DNA of 55,088 nucleotides from Promethearchaeota archaeon (GCA_016839585.1 JAEOTZ010000061.1:1-55088); one strand, 5' to 3'; positions 1 through 10,504 are shown, numbered from the stretch's first letter. The notes: generated by a model from the letters alone, not told the origin. Numbers and translations: made by a program.

Positions 1-58
1 GTTCACCACATTCTTCACAAGTCAAATCGGATTTGGTCTCAGAGAGATCTTTAATCAT
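1..58 (-). CDS. 5' end of a zinc-ribbon protein, possibly a TFIIB/TFB-like N-terminus (runs off the window)
   Basis: Reverse strand reads ATG at 58: MIKDLSETKSDLTCEECGE..., with a CxxCG knuckle about 14 aa from the start. Confidence 0.4.
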   Translation of the reverse strand, partial: MIKDLSETKSDLTCEECGE

Positions 59-224
59 TTTATTCCTATTGTAGAAGTTAATTTATTGTTACCTTCTCAT
101 TATTTTTGTTATTTATAAATAAAAAAAGAATTAATACTTACAAAAAAGTCCAATATTTCTCTTTTTTATTTAAATATGCTGAAAAGATAGGTGATTAAAT
201 AAAAGATAATCGTAAAATAGGAAA

Positions 225-3200
225 ATGGTCAGCATGAAAAAGAATAAAAATATTGTATTGGTATTAATAATTGTAGTCTGTCAAATTATCTTCACGTATC
301 CAATTAATAATATTAAATATAGAATAGATTCAGTCTATGATCACCAATATTATGATGAGAGAGTAGAATCTAGAACCAAAGATCAACTAAAAACTTCAAC
401 CTGTAGAAATATGGACAATATTGAAGCCATTTTTGACAGAAAACTTAACGATTATGAATTGTATGGCTATTTTCCTCAGATTTACGAACCTTCGTTGCAG
501 GCTACCTATTATGGGCTGTATATTCTAGCTGCTCTTGATATGGTAGGAGAAATAAATAAAACAACAATAACAAATTATATAATCTCTACTTATGATCAAG
601 AATCTAATTTATTTTTCGATGATTATTCTTATCGATACTTGGACATGGATTTCTCGCAAGCTTATTATCCTTTGACATCTCTCCTTGAAGTCAATTGTTA
701 TACTATTTTATCCTTAAATATCTTAAATAAACTGGACTTAATCGACAGACAAAACTTTATCGATTTCATCTGGAGTTGTTATAATCCCGACACAAGTGGA
801 TTTATCGGCCAACCATATAGTGTGGATTTACATGAATCTTTTAAAATTTCTACAATGGACAATACATATTTTGCAGTTATGGCATTAAATTTGCTATTGG
901 ATGATTGGATTAGTTATACAGTGCGAAAAAATGAGATAATTCAATATATAAATGACTTACAAGATTCAATAAATACTGATTGGAGATATGGAGGATTTTA
1001 TAATGATAAGGATAGTTCATTTAATAGTATTAAACCACTTCATGAACCCAACCTTCTTTCGTCATATTACTGTATCAAAACATTAGAAATCTTTGGAATG
1101 GAAGAGTCGATTAACATTAATAACTTTCATCAATTTCTCAATGAGTTATATATTGATGACCATTATTTTCAAATGTCAATTTCTGAACATAACACAACCA
1201 ATATTATCGCAAGTGCAATTGGGTTAGAACTTTCTAAAATGACGGGATTTTCAGGTATAAATGAAACTTCGGTGATCCATTTCATTCTAAATAATAGAAA
1301 TTCTCAAGGTGCCTGGGATTCCGCTACAACAGTTAAAATGCATGAGTTAATGGATCTTTTCCAAATTATTCGAGCCTTAAACAACAGTGGTGCAACTTCT
1401 AACCTTAATTCACTAGATAAATCTGAAATTTTAACGGCACTTAATAACTATCATCAACTTAAAGGATTTTCCCTTATCTCTCAAGAATATACATCCCTTA
1501 ATCTATTTAATACTATTATCTCTTCATTTCAATTATTCGATAGGATTTCAGATTTAAATATACGAGACATATATAATGAAATAAAGGATTGTTTCAGATA
1601 TTTTGCTTATCCTGAAGATTGGTATGTTTTTGTACCTCTTATAAATTTAGATCCAATGCAGTCTGAGTTTCGCTCATATCCCCTTGAATATAATAATAGA
1701 GGATATCATAATTACATTACAAGAATTGACTATTTTACATCATATAAATCCATGTATTTTGCCTTAAATTCAATGAATAATTTATTTAAATTGGATGATT
1801 TTGGAGAAGAGGTTGATTTAACTAATTTAATTGACGATATCATACAATCCCAATTTTTAAATGACTCTATTCCTGAAGCTTACGGGGCTTTTTTACCTAT
1901 GCGTGGATATACCTTTTTTTCTCTTGAAAGTCAATTACACAAAATCTTTTTTGAATATTCATATTATGCTATAAAATCATTAGAGTTGCTTGCAGATCAT
2001 TTAAATTTTGAAAGTTTAATTGATTTACCTTTCAATAAAGCAGCGCTATATGAGTATATTGAAAGAAATATCGTTGAAACCTCCTCGGTACTCTACTTTA
2101 ATCCTCAATACACCTATGATATCGAAATAATCTTACGAAATACTTATTTCGTGATTTATGTTTTAAAGGCACTTGATCTTTATGATCTAAATAATCAAAA
2201 AATCAAAGAATTTGTGCTCCAAAACATAAATTACAATAACATAAACAACATCTATTATTCATACAAAATCTCAGAAATCTTGGATGTTAGTCTTGAATTC
2301 AATTATGATTTAGTAATAAATCTAGCTGAAATGCTTTATTCGGGAGATTTAAATGAGTTTTACTTGAGTTCGAATCTTCAAATGGTTAGCCAAGAGATTT
2401 TTCTCTGGATTTGCGAAATGGCTCTAAACAGTGATTTAGAAATTGTATGTGAATATATAGAACAAATAATTTTAGGGGGAGTTAATAGTCTTACCATATC
2501 ATTTCAAAATTTGATTATTGATGATTTTGGGGATGATATTTCGGTTGTTTTTGAAAGCTTGCAGCTTGGGATAATAGATCTTGAGAAGCAAGTTGACAAT
2601 ACTTATTATAAAGATTTTAAAATACCTGAAAATCCAAGTTATTATCCAAAAGTAGAAGGTGTTGTGGCGATCTATAAAGACTTTGAGCAATTAGGGCAAA
2701 TTCCAATTAATATTAGGACATTTTATGTGTTTCATGATTCTGGCTTGAAAATAATCGACAAACGTCAAGAACTCATCTTTGAGATGAACATCTCTTACGA
2801 ATTTTCATCAGGACAAAATCCAGCATCCAATTCAATGATAATGGGGAATATTTATAGAAATTTTTTAATGGTAGAATCTATTGAACTTGAGAGAGAGGAT
2901 TATTCAGATTTATCTAAATTTACTATGTATTATGAAAATCGGGAAAATATTGAGTATTCTATTCGATTTTTAATTTATGATGGATTTCATCCTGATGGGA
3001 TGATTTTATATGAATATGAAATAAATCCCTCAGAACCCATTAACCCTGGTGGAGGGCAATCTCCAATATCCTCAATTCTCTGGTCAATTATATCTTTATT
3101 TATCTTTTTAGGTATCTGTGGAGTTTCTTTATATGTTTCGTTTAAATTTACAAAATGGATTTTTCGAAAAAGGCGCAGAAAGAAGAAAGAGTCCACCCCT

Positions 3201-3281
3201 TTAAAGTTAGAATTAGAAATAAAGAACGGTAAAAAAATGAAAGATGTATTCGATGATATATTGAGTAATGAAGATGTATAA
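225..3281 (+). CDS. Secreted, C-terminally anchored protein with prenyltransferase/squalene-oxidase-type alpha-alpha toroid repeats
   Basis: 1018 aa. N-terminal hydrophobic signal. Repeated units such as FIWSCYNPDTSGFIGQP..STMDNTYFAVMALNLL and YINDLQD...GGF...SYYCIKTLEIF. C-terminal TM helix followed by RKRRRKKK. Confidence 0.7.
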   Translation: MVSMKKNKNIVLVLIIVVCQIIFTYPINNIKYRIDSVYDHQYYDERVESRTKDQLKTSTCRNMDNIEAIFDRKLNDYELYGYFPQIYEPSLQATYYGLYILAALDMVGEINKTTITNYIISTYDQESNLFFDDYSYRYLDMDFSQAYYPLTSLLEVNCYTILSLNILNKLDLIDRQNFIDFIWSCYNPDTSGFIGQPYSVDLHESFKISTMDNTYFAVMALNLLLDDWISYTVRKNEIIQYINDLQDSINTDWRYGGFYNDKDSSFNSIKPLHEPNLLSSYYCIKTLEIFGMEESININNFHQFLNELYIDDHYFQMSISEHNTTNIIASAIGLELSKMTGFSGINETSVIHFILNNRNSQGAWDSATTVKMHELMDLFQIIRALNNSGATSNLNSLDKSEILTALNNYHQLKGFSLISQEYTSLNLFNTIISSFQLFDRISDLNIRDIYNEIKDCFRYFAYPEDWYVFVPLINLDPMQSEFRSYPLEYNNRGYHNYITRIDYFTSYKSMYFALNSMNNLFKLDDFGEEVDLTNLIDDIIQSQFLNDSIPEAYGAFLPMRGYTFFSLESQLHKIFFEYSYYAIKSLELLADHLNFESLIDLPFNKAALYEYIERNIVETSSVLYFNPQYTYDIEIILRNTYFVIYVLKALDLYDLNNQKIKEFVLQNINYNNINNIYYSYKISEILDVSLEFNYDLVINLAEMLYSGDLNEFYLSSNLQMVSQEIFLWICEMALNSDLEIVCEYIEQIILGGVNSLTISFQNLIIDDFGDDISVVFESLQLGIIDLEKQVDNTYYKDFKIPENPSYYPKVEGVVAIYKDFEQLGQIPINIRTFYVFHDSGLKIIDKRQELIFEMNISYEFSSGQNPASNSMIMGNIYRNFLMVESIELEREDYSDLSKFTMYYENRENIEYSIRFLIYDGFHPDGMILYEYEINPSEPINPGGGQSPISSILWSIISLFIFLGICGVSLYVSFKFTKWIFRKRRRKKKESTPLKLELEIKNGKKMKDVFDDILSNEDV

Positions 3282-3319
3282 TTTATTGGGAAAAAATAAA
3301 AAAAGAAGCGTGAAAAAGA

Positions 3320-3949
3320 ATGCTAAAAATTGACAATTTTGACCGAATTGAGCACTTTTCTGAAGAAGAGGGCTTTAGACAGTTAGATTTACTATATAAG
3401 ATATATAAATTAGATAATCAAAGAGAAATATTAATCAAAAGGTTACATAAATTACAAAAAACTATAAAAAATAATCCCAATGAGAATTTTTCAATAAAAC
3501 TTAAAGCATTAAAAACAGTTTCTGATGAGATTGTCCAAAATAAGAAGATTATCCTATCTAAAATAAAGGATTCATATAACTTTTTTGAATTATCAAATCA
3601 AATTAATAAATTGAAGCAATATGTTTTAGAATTAAATAAAGCTATAAAAAGAAAAGAAATTGATGCTAATACTCATCGAATTACAAAAGATTATTATCAG
3701 AACCAACTTAAGCTCCAATTTGATAATTTAGTTAAATTAAAGAGGATTGCAAAAGAATATATAATTATCCTAAAGAATCAGGAACTTCAATCAAGAGCAG
3801 AAGAAAGATTTATGAACTCAAATGTTCCCAAGAAAATACCTCATATACTCAATAATAAAAGTGTTAAAATTAATACTATATCAACTCGAAATGAATTAAA
3901 AGAAATTACGGATTTTTTGACCAAGCAAATTTTAAAGAGTAGTCTCTAA
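3320..3949 (+). CDS. Hypothetical coiled-coil protein
   Basis: 209-aa K/E/L-rich helical ORF directly downstream of the 1018-aa gene. Confidence 0.6.
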   Translation: MLKIDNFDRIEHFSEEEGFRQLDLLYKIYKLDNQREILIKRLHKLQKTIKNNPNENFSIKLKALKTVSDEIVQNKKIILSKIKDSYNFFELSNQINKLKQYVLELNKAIKRKEIDANTHRITKDYYQNQLKLQFDNLVKLKRIAKEYIIILKNQELQSRAEERFMNSNVPKKIPHILNNKSVKINTISTRNELKEITDFLTKQILKSSL

Positions 3950-4245
3950 GATAGAATCAATATGGTTTCATTATTTCCATAGTTATAATTGGTTGTGTTT
4001 GGTTCTCTCATGAGTACTATAATACTTGTAGGTAAAGTGATTTCAGCAACAATTAACGCAATAATAAGCCGATATTTTTGAAAATTTTCCCGACTCATAA
4101 ATAATAATGAATATAAAGACTTGCCTACACTTGGTATTAAGGTTTTGTTGGCAGGAGTCTCCATCATATTCAATAAATATAATGATGGTTAAATTATTAT
4201 AGAAAAAAGGGTTATTATAATCTGATTGTAAAAAGGAGAAATCAA

Positions 4246-4542
4246 ATGGACTTTTTTCTAAAGAACTTAAAAGAAACTATTGAGGTAATTAATACCATGA
4301 TTGGAAAGAATGATAATATCATCACAGTAAGAAGAATTCGAATGAATAAAAACATAAAATCATCCGATCATTCCAAAATTAACTTTATTTGGAGATCGTT
4401 AAATTTTCTGGTCAAGCAAGGAATATTGGAAGAAGATGGTTACACAAGCCCAAAAAAGTATATTTTAAGAGTAAATGAAAATATTGACATTAATAAGTTT
4501 CTCTTGCAAGTAAAGGAAGAGATAGAGTCTTCTAAGTCTTAA
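4246..4542 (+). CDS. Small winged-helix-like DNA-binding protein
   Basis: 98 aa with an AGGAG SD. IWRSLNFLVKQGILEE..SPKKY resembles a wHTH recognition helix plus wing. Confidence 0.5.
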   Translation: MDFFLKNLKETIEVINTMIGKNDNIITVRRIRMNKNIKSSDHSKINFIWRSLNFLVKQGILEEDGYTSPKKYILRVNENIDINKFLLQVKEEIESSKS

Positions 4543-4641
4543 TATAATCCTAATAATTTTTATAGTAAATTTTAAAAAAAAAATATAAATATATTATATG
4601 AAGGAGAAAATAATTGATTTTAACCGCATTGCCTGAATGCC

Positions 4642-4941
4642 TCAATTATTTTCACTCCTTCCATCCCTATCCAAGTCCATATACACCCATTTTAGTATAC
4701 AGGCATCTCTATGTTCCCTAAAACCTTTCATGTCGACTATTTCATATAACTTCAATTCAATCGCATCATGCAAGAATGCTAAATATTCTTTACCGTATTC
4801 TATATACCTGGTTATATAATAGGATTCATCTTTATGCTCAGTTAGAAATACGATTCTAAGCTTCTTTAGGGCTTTATAGAACTTTAAATATGGTTTTCCG
4901 TACAATCTATATTTCAAAAAATGTAAATCTCTTAATTCTAT
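4642..4941 (-). CDS. Hypothetical protein, probable ATA start
   Basis: Track ORF begins at TTG 4917. The frame stays open to ATA 4941, which lies 6 nt after a perfect GGAGGTGA SD. Confidence 0.5.
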   Translation of the reverse strand: MELRDLHFLKYRLYGKPYLKFYKALKKLRIVFLTEHKDESYYITRYIEYGKEYLAFLHDAIELKLYEIVDMKGFREHRDACILKWVYMDLDRDGRSENN

Positions 4942-5472
4942 TCTTTTTCACCTCCTTTTACTTAATTTTAATAATTTTATTGAAAATATTTTTTTAATTA
5001 ACATAAAAATCTAAAATATATTTATTGGCATTCTATAAAAATTAAATTATTAAACTACTAATTAAAAGCATTAAAAGATCAATGTTTATTTAAACAGTTA
5101 ATGGATTAATTTTTTGAACTTATTTTACTAATTAAATAAATATGTTTAAACTTAATTAAGTTGGATTATTAAAGGTCAATAAAGGAATTAATTATGGGTA
5201 TTTATATATGATTGAATTTATAAGAAAAAGTTTAGAGAAAAACTTAAAAAATATTTTTTAAGATGTTTTGTTTGTTCAAAATATGGATTTTTTACTCCCG
5301 ATCAATATTGGGGAGATGAATAGAGAAACAGAATGTACCACTACATATTATGGAAGGTTTTAATTGCTTAACATCTTTTCTCCTATTTAGGATAGCCTTA
5401 TACTCTTCTGGATAAATTTAATAATATAAATATATATTATTTTATTAAGTACAAAAATATAGGTGTTTAATA

Positions 5473-6234
5473 TTGAAAATTCAAGGTCCTAAATCTCCAG
5501 AAGAATATAAAGATGTTAAAGCTAATCTTAAATATTATACGACGTTTATTATTTTGATTCTATCAAGTCTTCTCTATATAATATACATAGGAATAGATCC
5601 AGAAATAGTTAATACAATAGAAGCTTTAATTTTTTCAAGTGCTATTACGTTTTTATTAAGTGGTTTGAGTTGGATTCTTATTTTTATTTTTGAAATACAT
5701 GACAAATGGTACGATCGCCATTTTGTCAAGTGGAGATTAAATTATGATGTTGATTTTATCATCCCTACTCTTATTAGACCATTTTTAAAGAAAATAGATA
5801 AACGTTTCTTTGATATATATGAGAATGATTCAGAAAAGAGATTTATATTAATGGAAAATTGTTTTTACGAGTTTGTAGGAGATCATGCAGGGGAGAATAA
5901 AATAAAAAAAACTAAAATAGTGAGGTTTTATGAATCATCACAAAAATATTGGATTACTCAAATAAATGAAATAGTAATGATTTTCTTCATTATTATTAAC
6001 TTTTTTATTTATATCTTTAATGGATTTATTGGGATTTTATTAAACAAAATTATAATAGTAAATTTCATTTTCATTTTTTTATTTATAATAAATCGGTATC
6101 TTGTGAAGAAATTTAGAAAGGAGACAAGGTTCGCAACTAAAGATGAAATTAGAGAAATCCATACCACAAGATTAAGTGAGCTTGAAACACAGTTGAAATT
6201 AACTCATAAAGCCTTTCAACTTCCCTACCCATAG
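5473..6234 (+). CDS. Four-TM membrane protein, coupled to the downstream methyltransferase
   Basis: 253 aa with two pairs of TM helices. SD GGTGT lies 6 nt before the TTG start. The stop codon overlaps the SD of the next gene. Confidence 0.7.
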   Translation: MKIQGPKSPEEYKDVKANLKYYTTFIILILSSLLYIIYIGIDPEIVNTIEALIFSSAITFLLSGLSWILIFIFEIHDKWYDRHFVKWRLNYDVDFIIPTLIRPFLKKIDKRFFDIYENDSEKRFILMENCFYEFVGDHAGENKIKKTKIVRFYESSQKYWITQINEIVMIFFIIINFFIYIFNGFIGILLNKIIIVNFIFIFLFIINRYLVKKFRKETRFATKDEIREIHTTRLSELETQLKLTHKAFQLPYP

Positions 6235-6244
6235 GTGAAAAGCA

Positions 6245-6919
6245 ATAGGAGATATAAATATTAATTCAGCATATTCCGCTCAAGCTAGTATATTTAATCC
6301 AAATCCTCTTTTATTACCTGCCATAGAAAAGATAAAAAAGGATAAATTAATAAATAAAGATTTTGATAATCTAAAAGTAGCGGACCAAGGTTGTGGAAAA
6401 TTAAGACATTTAAAAATATTCTATAAATATTTCAATATAATTTATCTAATAGATACCGAATTTCAAATAAATAAAACCCAACGGCTATTTGGTAAAAATA
6501 ATATAACGATTAGAGAATATTTATCTAAAAATAAAATTGAAGGTAAGGAAATTAATCTTATTACAGTAAAAAAATTCACTATGACAAAATTAAATCTTGA
6601 TTTAATTTTTAATATCTGTGTATTTGATGTTGAGATACCTGAAGTAAGAAAATCGATGATGGAGTCATCTTTTAATAATTTAAGAAATAAAGGATTATTT
6701 ATTTTAATAATTCCGAGGAACATTTCCAGTATATTAAAGAGATGTACATCTAAAAATAAATACCTAGATGGATATTATTTTAAACATCATGGGATTATGA
6801 CATTCTATAAAAATTTTGATGATGTCGAACCTTTAATTAAAATTTTAAAGGAGATTGGATTTATTATTAGTGCAGACCTTACTGAAAGACAATATATATG
6901 TCTAATTTTAAAAAAATAA
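6245..6919 (+). CDS. Class I SAM-dependent methyltransferase-like protein (about 224 aa, ATA start; track shows only the last 112 aa)
   Basis: The frame of track ORF 6581..6919 is open back to 6239. It contains SAM motif I VADQGCGKLRH and a downstream IYLIDT. No ATG/GTG/TTG upstream of motif I; ATA lies 6 nt after GGTGA. Confidence 0.7.
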   Translation: MGDININSAYSAQASIFNPNPLLLPAIEKIKKDKLINKDFDNLKVADQGCGKLRHLKIFYKYFNIIYLIDTEFQINKTQRLFGKNNITIREYLSKNKIEGKEINLITVKKFTMTKLNLDLIFNICVFDVEIPEVRKSMMESSFNNLRNKGLFILIIPRNISSILKRCTSKNKYLDGYYFKHHGIMTFYKNFDDVEPLIKILKEIGFIISADLTERQYICLILKK

Positions 6920-7004
6920 GATTTTTTTAATAAAAATGTTGAGAATAAAACATACAATTATACAAACCAGTAAATAAGAATCATTCATTCAAATTTACAT
7001 ATCA

Positions 7005-7997
7005 TCAAAAAGAAAGATTATTATTAAGATAAGATTCAATACTACTTATTGTTTTAACTGCTAAGTAGCAGGAGATTAAAGCACTCTCCTTAGATATTCC
7101 CCACTTTTTTCCATCTATCTTATCAAGCCCATGAGAATCTCCCATTGTGCGTAAAGATCCAATTGCCTTTATAATATTAATATGTTTGCTATTAATTTTT
7201 TTTAATTGGCGAATTTTATCAGCGATTTGGGAGATTCCATTACAATTTGACAAATCCATTAACGAAGAAAATTTTATTCGCAAATAATTCTCTAATGCTC
7301 TTCCCGTATCAGTAAGAGAATTTGAAGGATCAACGTTCGCTTGTATTAAAGCTTCTATTAAATCATGTATGACTATATCAGGTAAAGATTTTAAATCCTT
7401 ATTATAAACTCTCCTCATTGTAATAATTGTTTGGGATTCTTCTTCTATAGTTTTTAAAAATTCTGATGAAGCGACAGATTCTTGATTGTCAATTTTCATA
7501 TTGAGTTTTTTTATCCATCCATTGAAAGTATTCCTAATTGTTTTTGATGAGGTTTTAATATCGAAAATTATTTTAAGCTGTTCGGCTGCTTTTTCATCTG
7601 ATTTTAACTTACCAAAGAGATATATATATTCAATAAATGGTTCAAAAAGGATGATATGATCGAATAAAAATTTCTCTATAGCTGTATTTTCATTTAGTTG
7701 ATTGATTTTATTCTCCTTTAGAATTAGCTCCGAGATAGATTTGATTATTCCTAGTTTAACAAGCATATAAATCCCATTATTAATCGAAGATTTGCTCATC
7801 GATGTTAACTCACAGATTTTATGAATACTAAGCTTTATTTTTCGATTTTGAGCATATTTTACTTTATTAAGAATCAATTTCATTAATCGTATAGATGCGG
7901 GTCTAATTGAGTTCCAGATATAGATTTTATATTTCAAATTACATAATTTGATATTATTTATAACTGTCATTTTAATCATTTGTCTTAATCGCATCAA
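7005..7997 (-). CDS. wHTH protein with C-terminal HEPN/DUF4145-like domain
   Basis: N-terminal HTH (SIHKICELTSMSKSSINNGIYMLVKLGII). C-terminal GRALENYL...RTMGDSH (Rx5H). True start is probably ATG at about 7970. Confidence 0.55.
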   Translation of the reverse strand: MMRLRQMIKMTVINNIKLCNLKYKIYIWNSIRPASIRLMKLILNKVKYAQNRKIKLSIHKICELTSMSKSSINNGIYMLVKLGIIKSISELILKENKINQLNENTAIEKFLFDHIILFEPFIEYIYLFGKLKSDEKAAEQLKIIFDIKTSSKTIRNTFNGWIKKLNMKIDNQESVASSEFLKTIEEESQTIITMRRVYNKDLKSLPDIVIHDLIEALIQANVDPSNSLTDTGRALENYLRIKFSSLMDLSNCNGISQIADKIRQLKKINSKHINIIKAIGSLRTMGDSHGLDKIDGKKWGISKESALISCYLAVKTISSIESYLNNNLSF

Positions 7998-8760
7998 TAA
8001 AGTTTTTAATAAGTTGTATTTCCTCTTCAGTCACGCCCTTTGGAATATTAATATATGCTTTCTTTCCAGAGTTTAATGGAATTTCAAGATTAAATGCATC
8101 ATTAATTTCTTTTTGCTCTTTTTCTTGACCTGATTCGTCTTGGAGTTCTTCATTAATGGATGGTTCATGTGTAATTTTTGAAATAATCCCCATTGTTTTT
8201 TTCTTGCTTCTAGGTTTTATAATTTGTGGTTTTTTAATTTCAACATTTGGATCTAAATATTGCTCATTAATAACAACTCTTTGTTCTTCGTTTATTATTT
8301 TAGCAAATTCCATAGTGTCAAGGAATGTTTGTACTGCTACGTCAGTTACACTACTTAAAATCCCCTTTTGGATAAAATTATTTTTAAGAAATTCATCTTT
8401 CGGTAATATTGAGCCAATATATTGGGATAAAACTTCTTTGTAAAGTTCAGGATTTATTGCCGCTTTCATTTTACCAGTTGAGACATTAGGATCATTGTCA
8501 CTTGATGGATAAAGAATTGATATCCCTAATGGGGTAACTTTAAATCCGCCTCTTTCATTTTTTATCAATCCGAATTGCTTCGCACTACTAGTTTTATAGC
8601 TATATCTCTTATTTTGATCACTTTTAATATTCATTTTGGATAAGATTGATTCAACTGGGGCAACACCATTTCCTCCTATCTCATAAATCATTTTACTTAA
8701 TTCTAGAGCTTCTTCTAAATTATAATATGGATATGACCTGCTTCTTTTTCTTGGCATCAT
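7972..8760 (-). CDS. DUF5343-like winged-helix protein
   Basis: RSYPYYNLEEAL, SSAKQFGLI...VTPLG and AVQTFLDTMEFA motifs; short C-terminal beta domain. Coupled to 7005..7997. Confidence 0.55.
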   Translation of the reverse strand: MMPRKRSRSYPYYNLEEALELSKMIYEIGGNGVAPVESILSKMNIKSDQNKRYSYKTSSAKQFGLIKNERGGFKVTPLGISILYPSSDNDPNVSTGKMKAAINPELYKEVLSQYIGSILPKDEFLKNNFIQKGILSSVTDVAVQTFLDTMEFAKIINEEQRVVINEQYLDPNVEIKKPQIIKPRSKKKTMGIISKITHEPSINEELQDESGQEKEQKEINDAFNLEIPLNSGKKAYINIPKGVTEEEIQLIKNFIDAIKTND

Positions 8761-8816
8761 CTTTTACTATCTCCTTAATATTAAATTTGTAATATTCATT
8801 ATCACAATAATTGTTA

Positions 8817-8836
8817 CACATGTTTATAAATATGTG
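8817..8836. promoter_or_regulatory. 20-bp near-perfect palindrome centred on a TATA-like box (candidate operator)
   Basis: CACATGTTTA|TAAATATGTG, one mismatch, 57 nt upstream of the 8760 start. Confidence 0.4.
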
Positions 8837-9354
8837 GTAAGATCACATTAATATTTTAATAATTTACTAAACTTACTCTCCCTTATCATTTTTAATGAAA
8901 ATGCTGAAACATAAACATTATTGTCCACAATAATCAATAAAACATTTTGTTATGACTAGCCTTAAAAATATCGCAATCAATATAATATGCTTTTAAAAAA
9001 AATTTTATGTCTATTTATTTAAAAATTATTAATAATACTTATAAATATGAAAATAAATGTTCTTTTATTTTTATATTAATTCTCATAAGAATAGTGTTTT
9101 CGAATACGGAAACATTAATTTATTAAATGAATGGTATTTATGTCGACAAAAAACGAAAACAAACTGAAAAATTTTTCCCACCAAGATTCCCAAGATTATT
9201 CCGTAACTACATCTTAATGATCATCTTTTTTATATAATGAAATATTAATACCAAATATAATTTTTAGACAGAAATATCAAAATTCTATATTTAATATTGA
9301 TCTTTTTATGTTTAAATGAAATCAACTTAAAAATAAATAAGGAGAAGCGTAAAT

Positions 9355-10341
9355 TTGAGATGGATAGAACTTTATTATAACCGAGTTGTAAAAGAAAAGG
9401 GTATAGCATTAAGGAAATTGGATCAGAGTGTAACTTCTGCTACAGGATTAATTGGAGTCTTGATACCTTTACAATGGTTACAAATGGATTATTCTATATA
9501 TATATTTTTTGCTGAAATGATAATTCTGACACTATTTATATTGAAGGATGCTGAAAGATACCAATATTTCATGAAATGGAATAGAATCATTTACGCAATT
9601 GAAAGAAGAAGATTTTTACTTGAAGAGGTAGATTACATGGAATATATCAGAAGATTTGATTTCAGTCAAAAGACAATTTTTCCAATAACTCTTTTTTATG
9701 CCATAGCCCGAAGGTTAAAAAAAGTATATTTTTTGTTGTTATTTGCTATTTATTTAAATAGTTTAATAATTGAGATCTGTAATATCCCTCCACCATTTGA
9801 AATTGGAAAAATTGGTTTGTTTGCTATTAGCATCTTAGGAGGAAATGGAATTATTCTAATTATGTTATTTATTTGGATCCTTGTAACGAAGAAATTACCA
9901 AAAGAATTTGACTATACACCATGTAATAATGAAGAACAAACTTCTGCAGAGGGGATGAAAAAAATTGAGAAGAAAATATACTACGCTCATAGTATATGTA
10001 TTTATAATACTAGAAGAGAAAAAAAAGAATTAGAATATCTCAGAAATGAGTTTGCGTCAGTTTGTAATCCAAATAAAGACATTACTTGGGATAATAATAC
10101 AAAAATGGAACCTTATTTTGAAGCAGTTAAAAATTCTGATATAGTTGTGGCTTCAGAATATAAGAAACATATTGGTAAAGGTGTTTTTGATGAAATAACG
10201 ACAGCAATTAATAATAATATTACATTCCTCTGTTTAAGACGGAAATTATTTAAATACCAATTATGTAAGATTGCAAATGTAGAAATTGTGAATGATCAAG
10301 ATTGGAAGAAAAAATATGGTAAAATAGTTTTATTAACTTAG
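9355..10341 (+). CDS. DUF2270-like multi-TM domain fused to a C-terminal nucleoside 2-deoxyribosyltransferase (NDT/TIR-like) domain
   Basis: N-terminal LRKLDQSVTSA...AERYQYF...IERR with about 4 TM helices. C-terminal KIYYAHS...VCNP...SDIVV...IGKGVFDEI (NDT-type catalytic Glu). Confidence 0.55.
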   Translation: MRWIELYYNRVVKEKGIALRKLDQSVTSATGLIGVLIPLQWLQMDYSIYIFFAEMIILTLFILKDAERYQYFMKWNRIIYAIERRRFLLEEVDYMEYIRRFDFSQKTIFPITLFYAIARRLKKVYFLLLFAIYLNSLIIEICNIPPPFEIGKIGLFAISILGGNGIILIMLFIWILVTKKLPKEFDYTPCNNEEQTSAEGMKKIEKKIYYAHSICIYNTRREKKELEYLRNEFASVCNPNKDITWDNNTKMEPYFEAVKNSDIVVASEYKKHIGKGVFDEITTAINNNITFLCLRRKLFKYQLCKIANVEIVNDQDWKKKYGKIVLLT

Positions 10342-10371
10342 CTAGTATTTTATTTCTAAATTAATATAAAA

Positions 10372-10425
10372 AAATCTGCTAAGTTATCTAAAGAAATAAG
10401 AATGCATGTAAGAAAGGAAATTGGA
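10372..10425 (+). repeat. 54-nt diverged direct repeat of the acetyl-CoA synthetase 3' region (other copy at 14997-15050)
   Basis: 47/54 nt identical. Encodes [18 protein letters not shown] versus [18 protein letters not shown]. Confidence 0.85.
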
Positions 10426-10504
10426 TCTAACTACGGATGTCAGATAACTTGATATTATTTAAAACTGTATTTTGATTTAAGAATAACACACTAAAGCATC
10501 ATTT

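Noticed and set aside
3946-4173. 75-aa minus-strand ORF
   Set aside because: No motif or SD; cannot be distinguished from chance.
5208-5362. Possible frameshifted small CxxC ORF and a CTCCC/GGGAG hairpin
   Set aside because: Too short and interrupted to support a gene or RNA call.
10425-10500. Possible integron attC site (ATCTAAC fits RYYYAAC)
   Set aside because: No matching GTTRRRY or paired stem downstream, island genes are in mixed orientation, and no integron integrase is visible.
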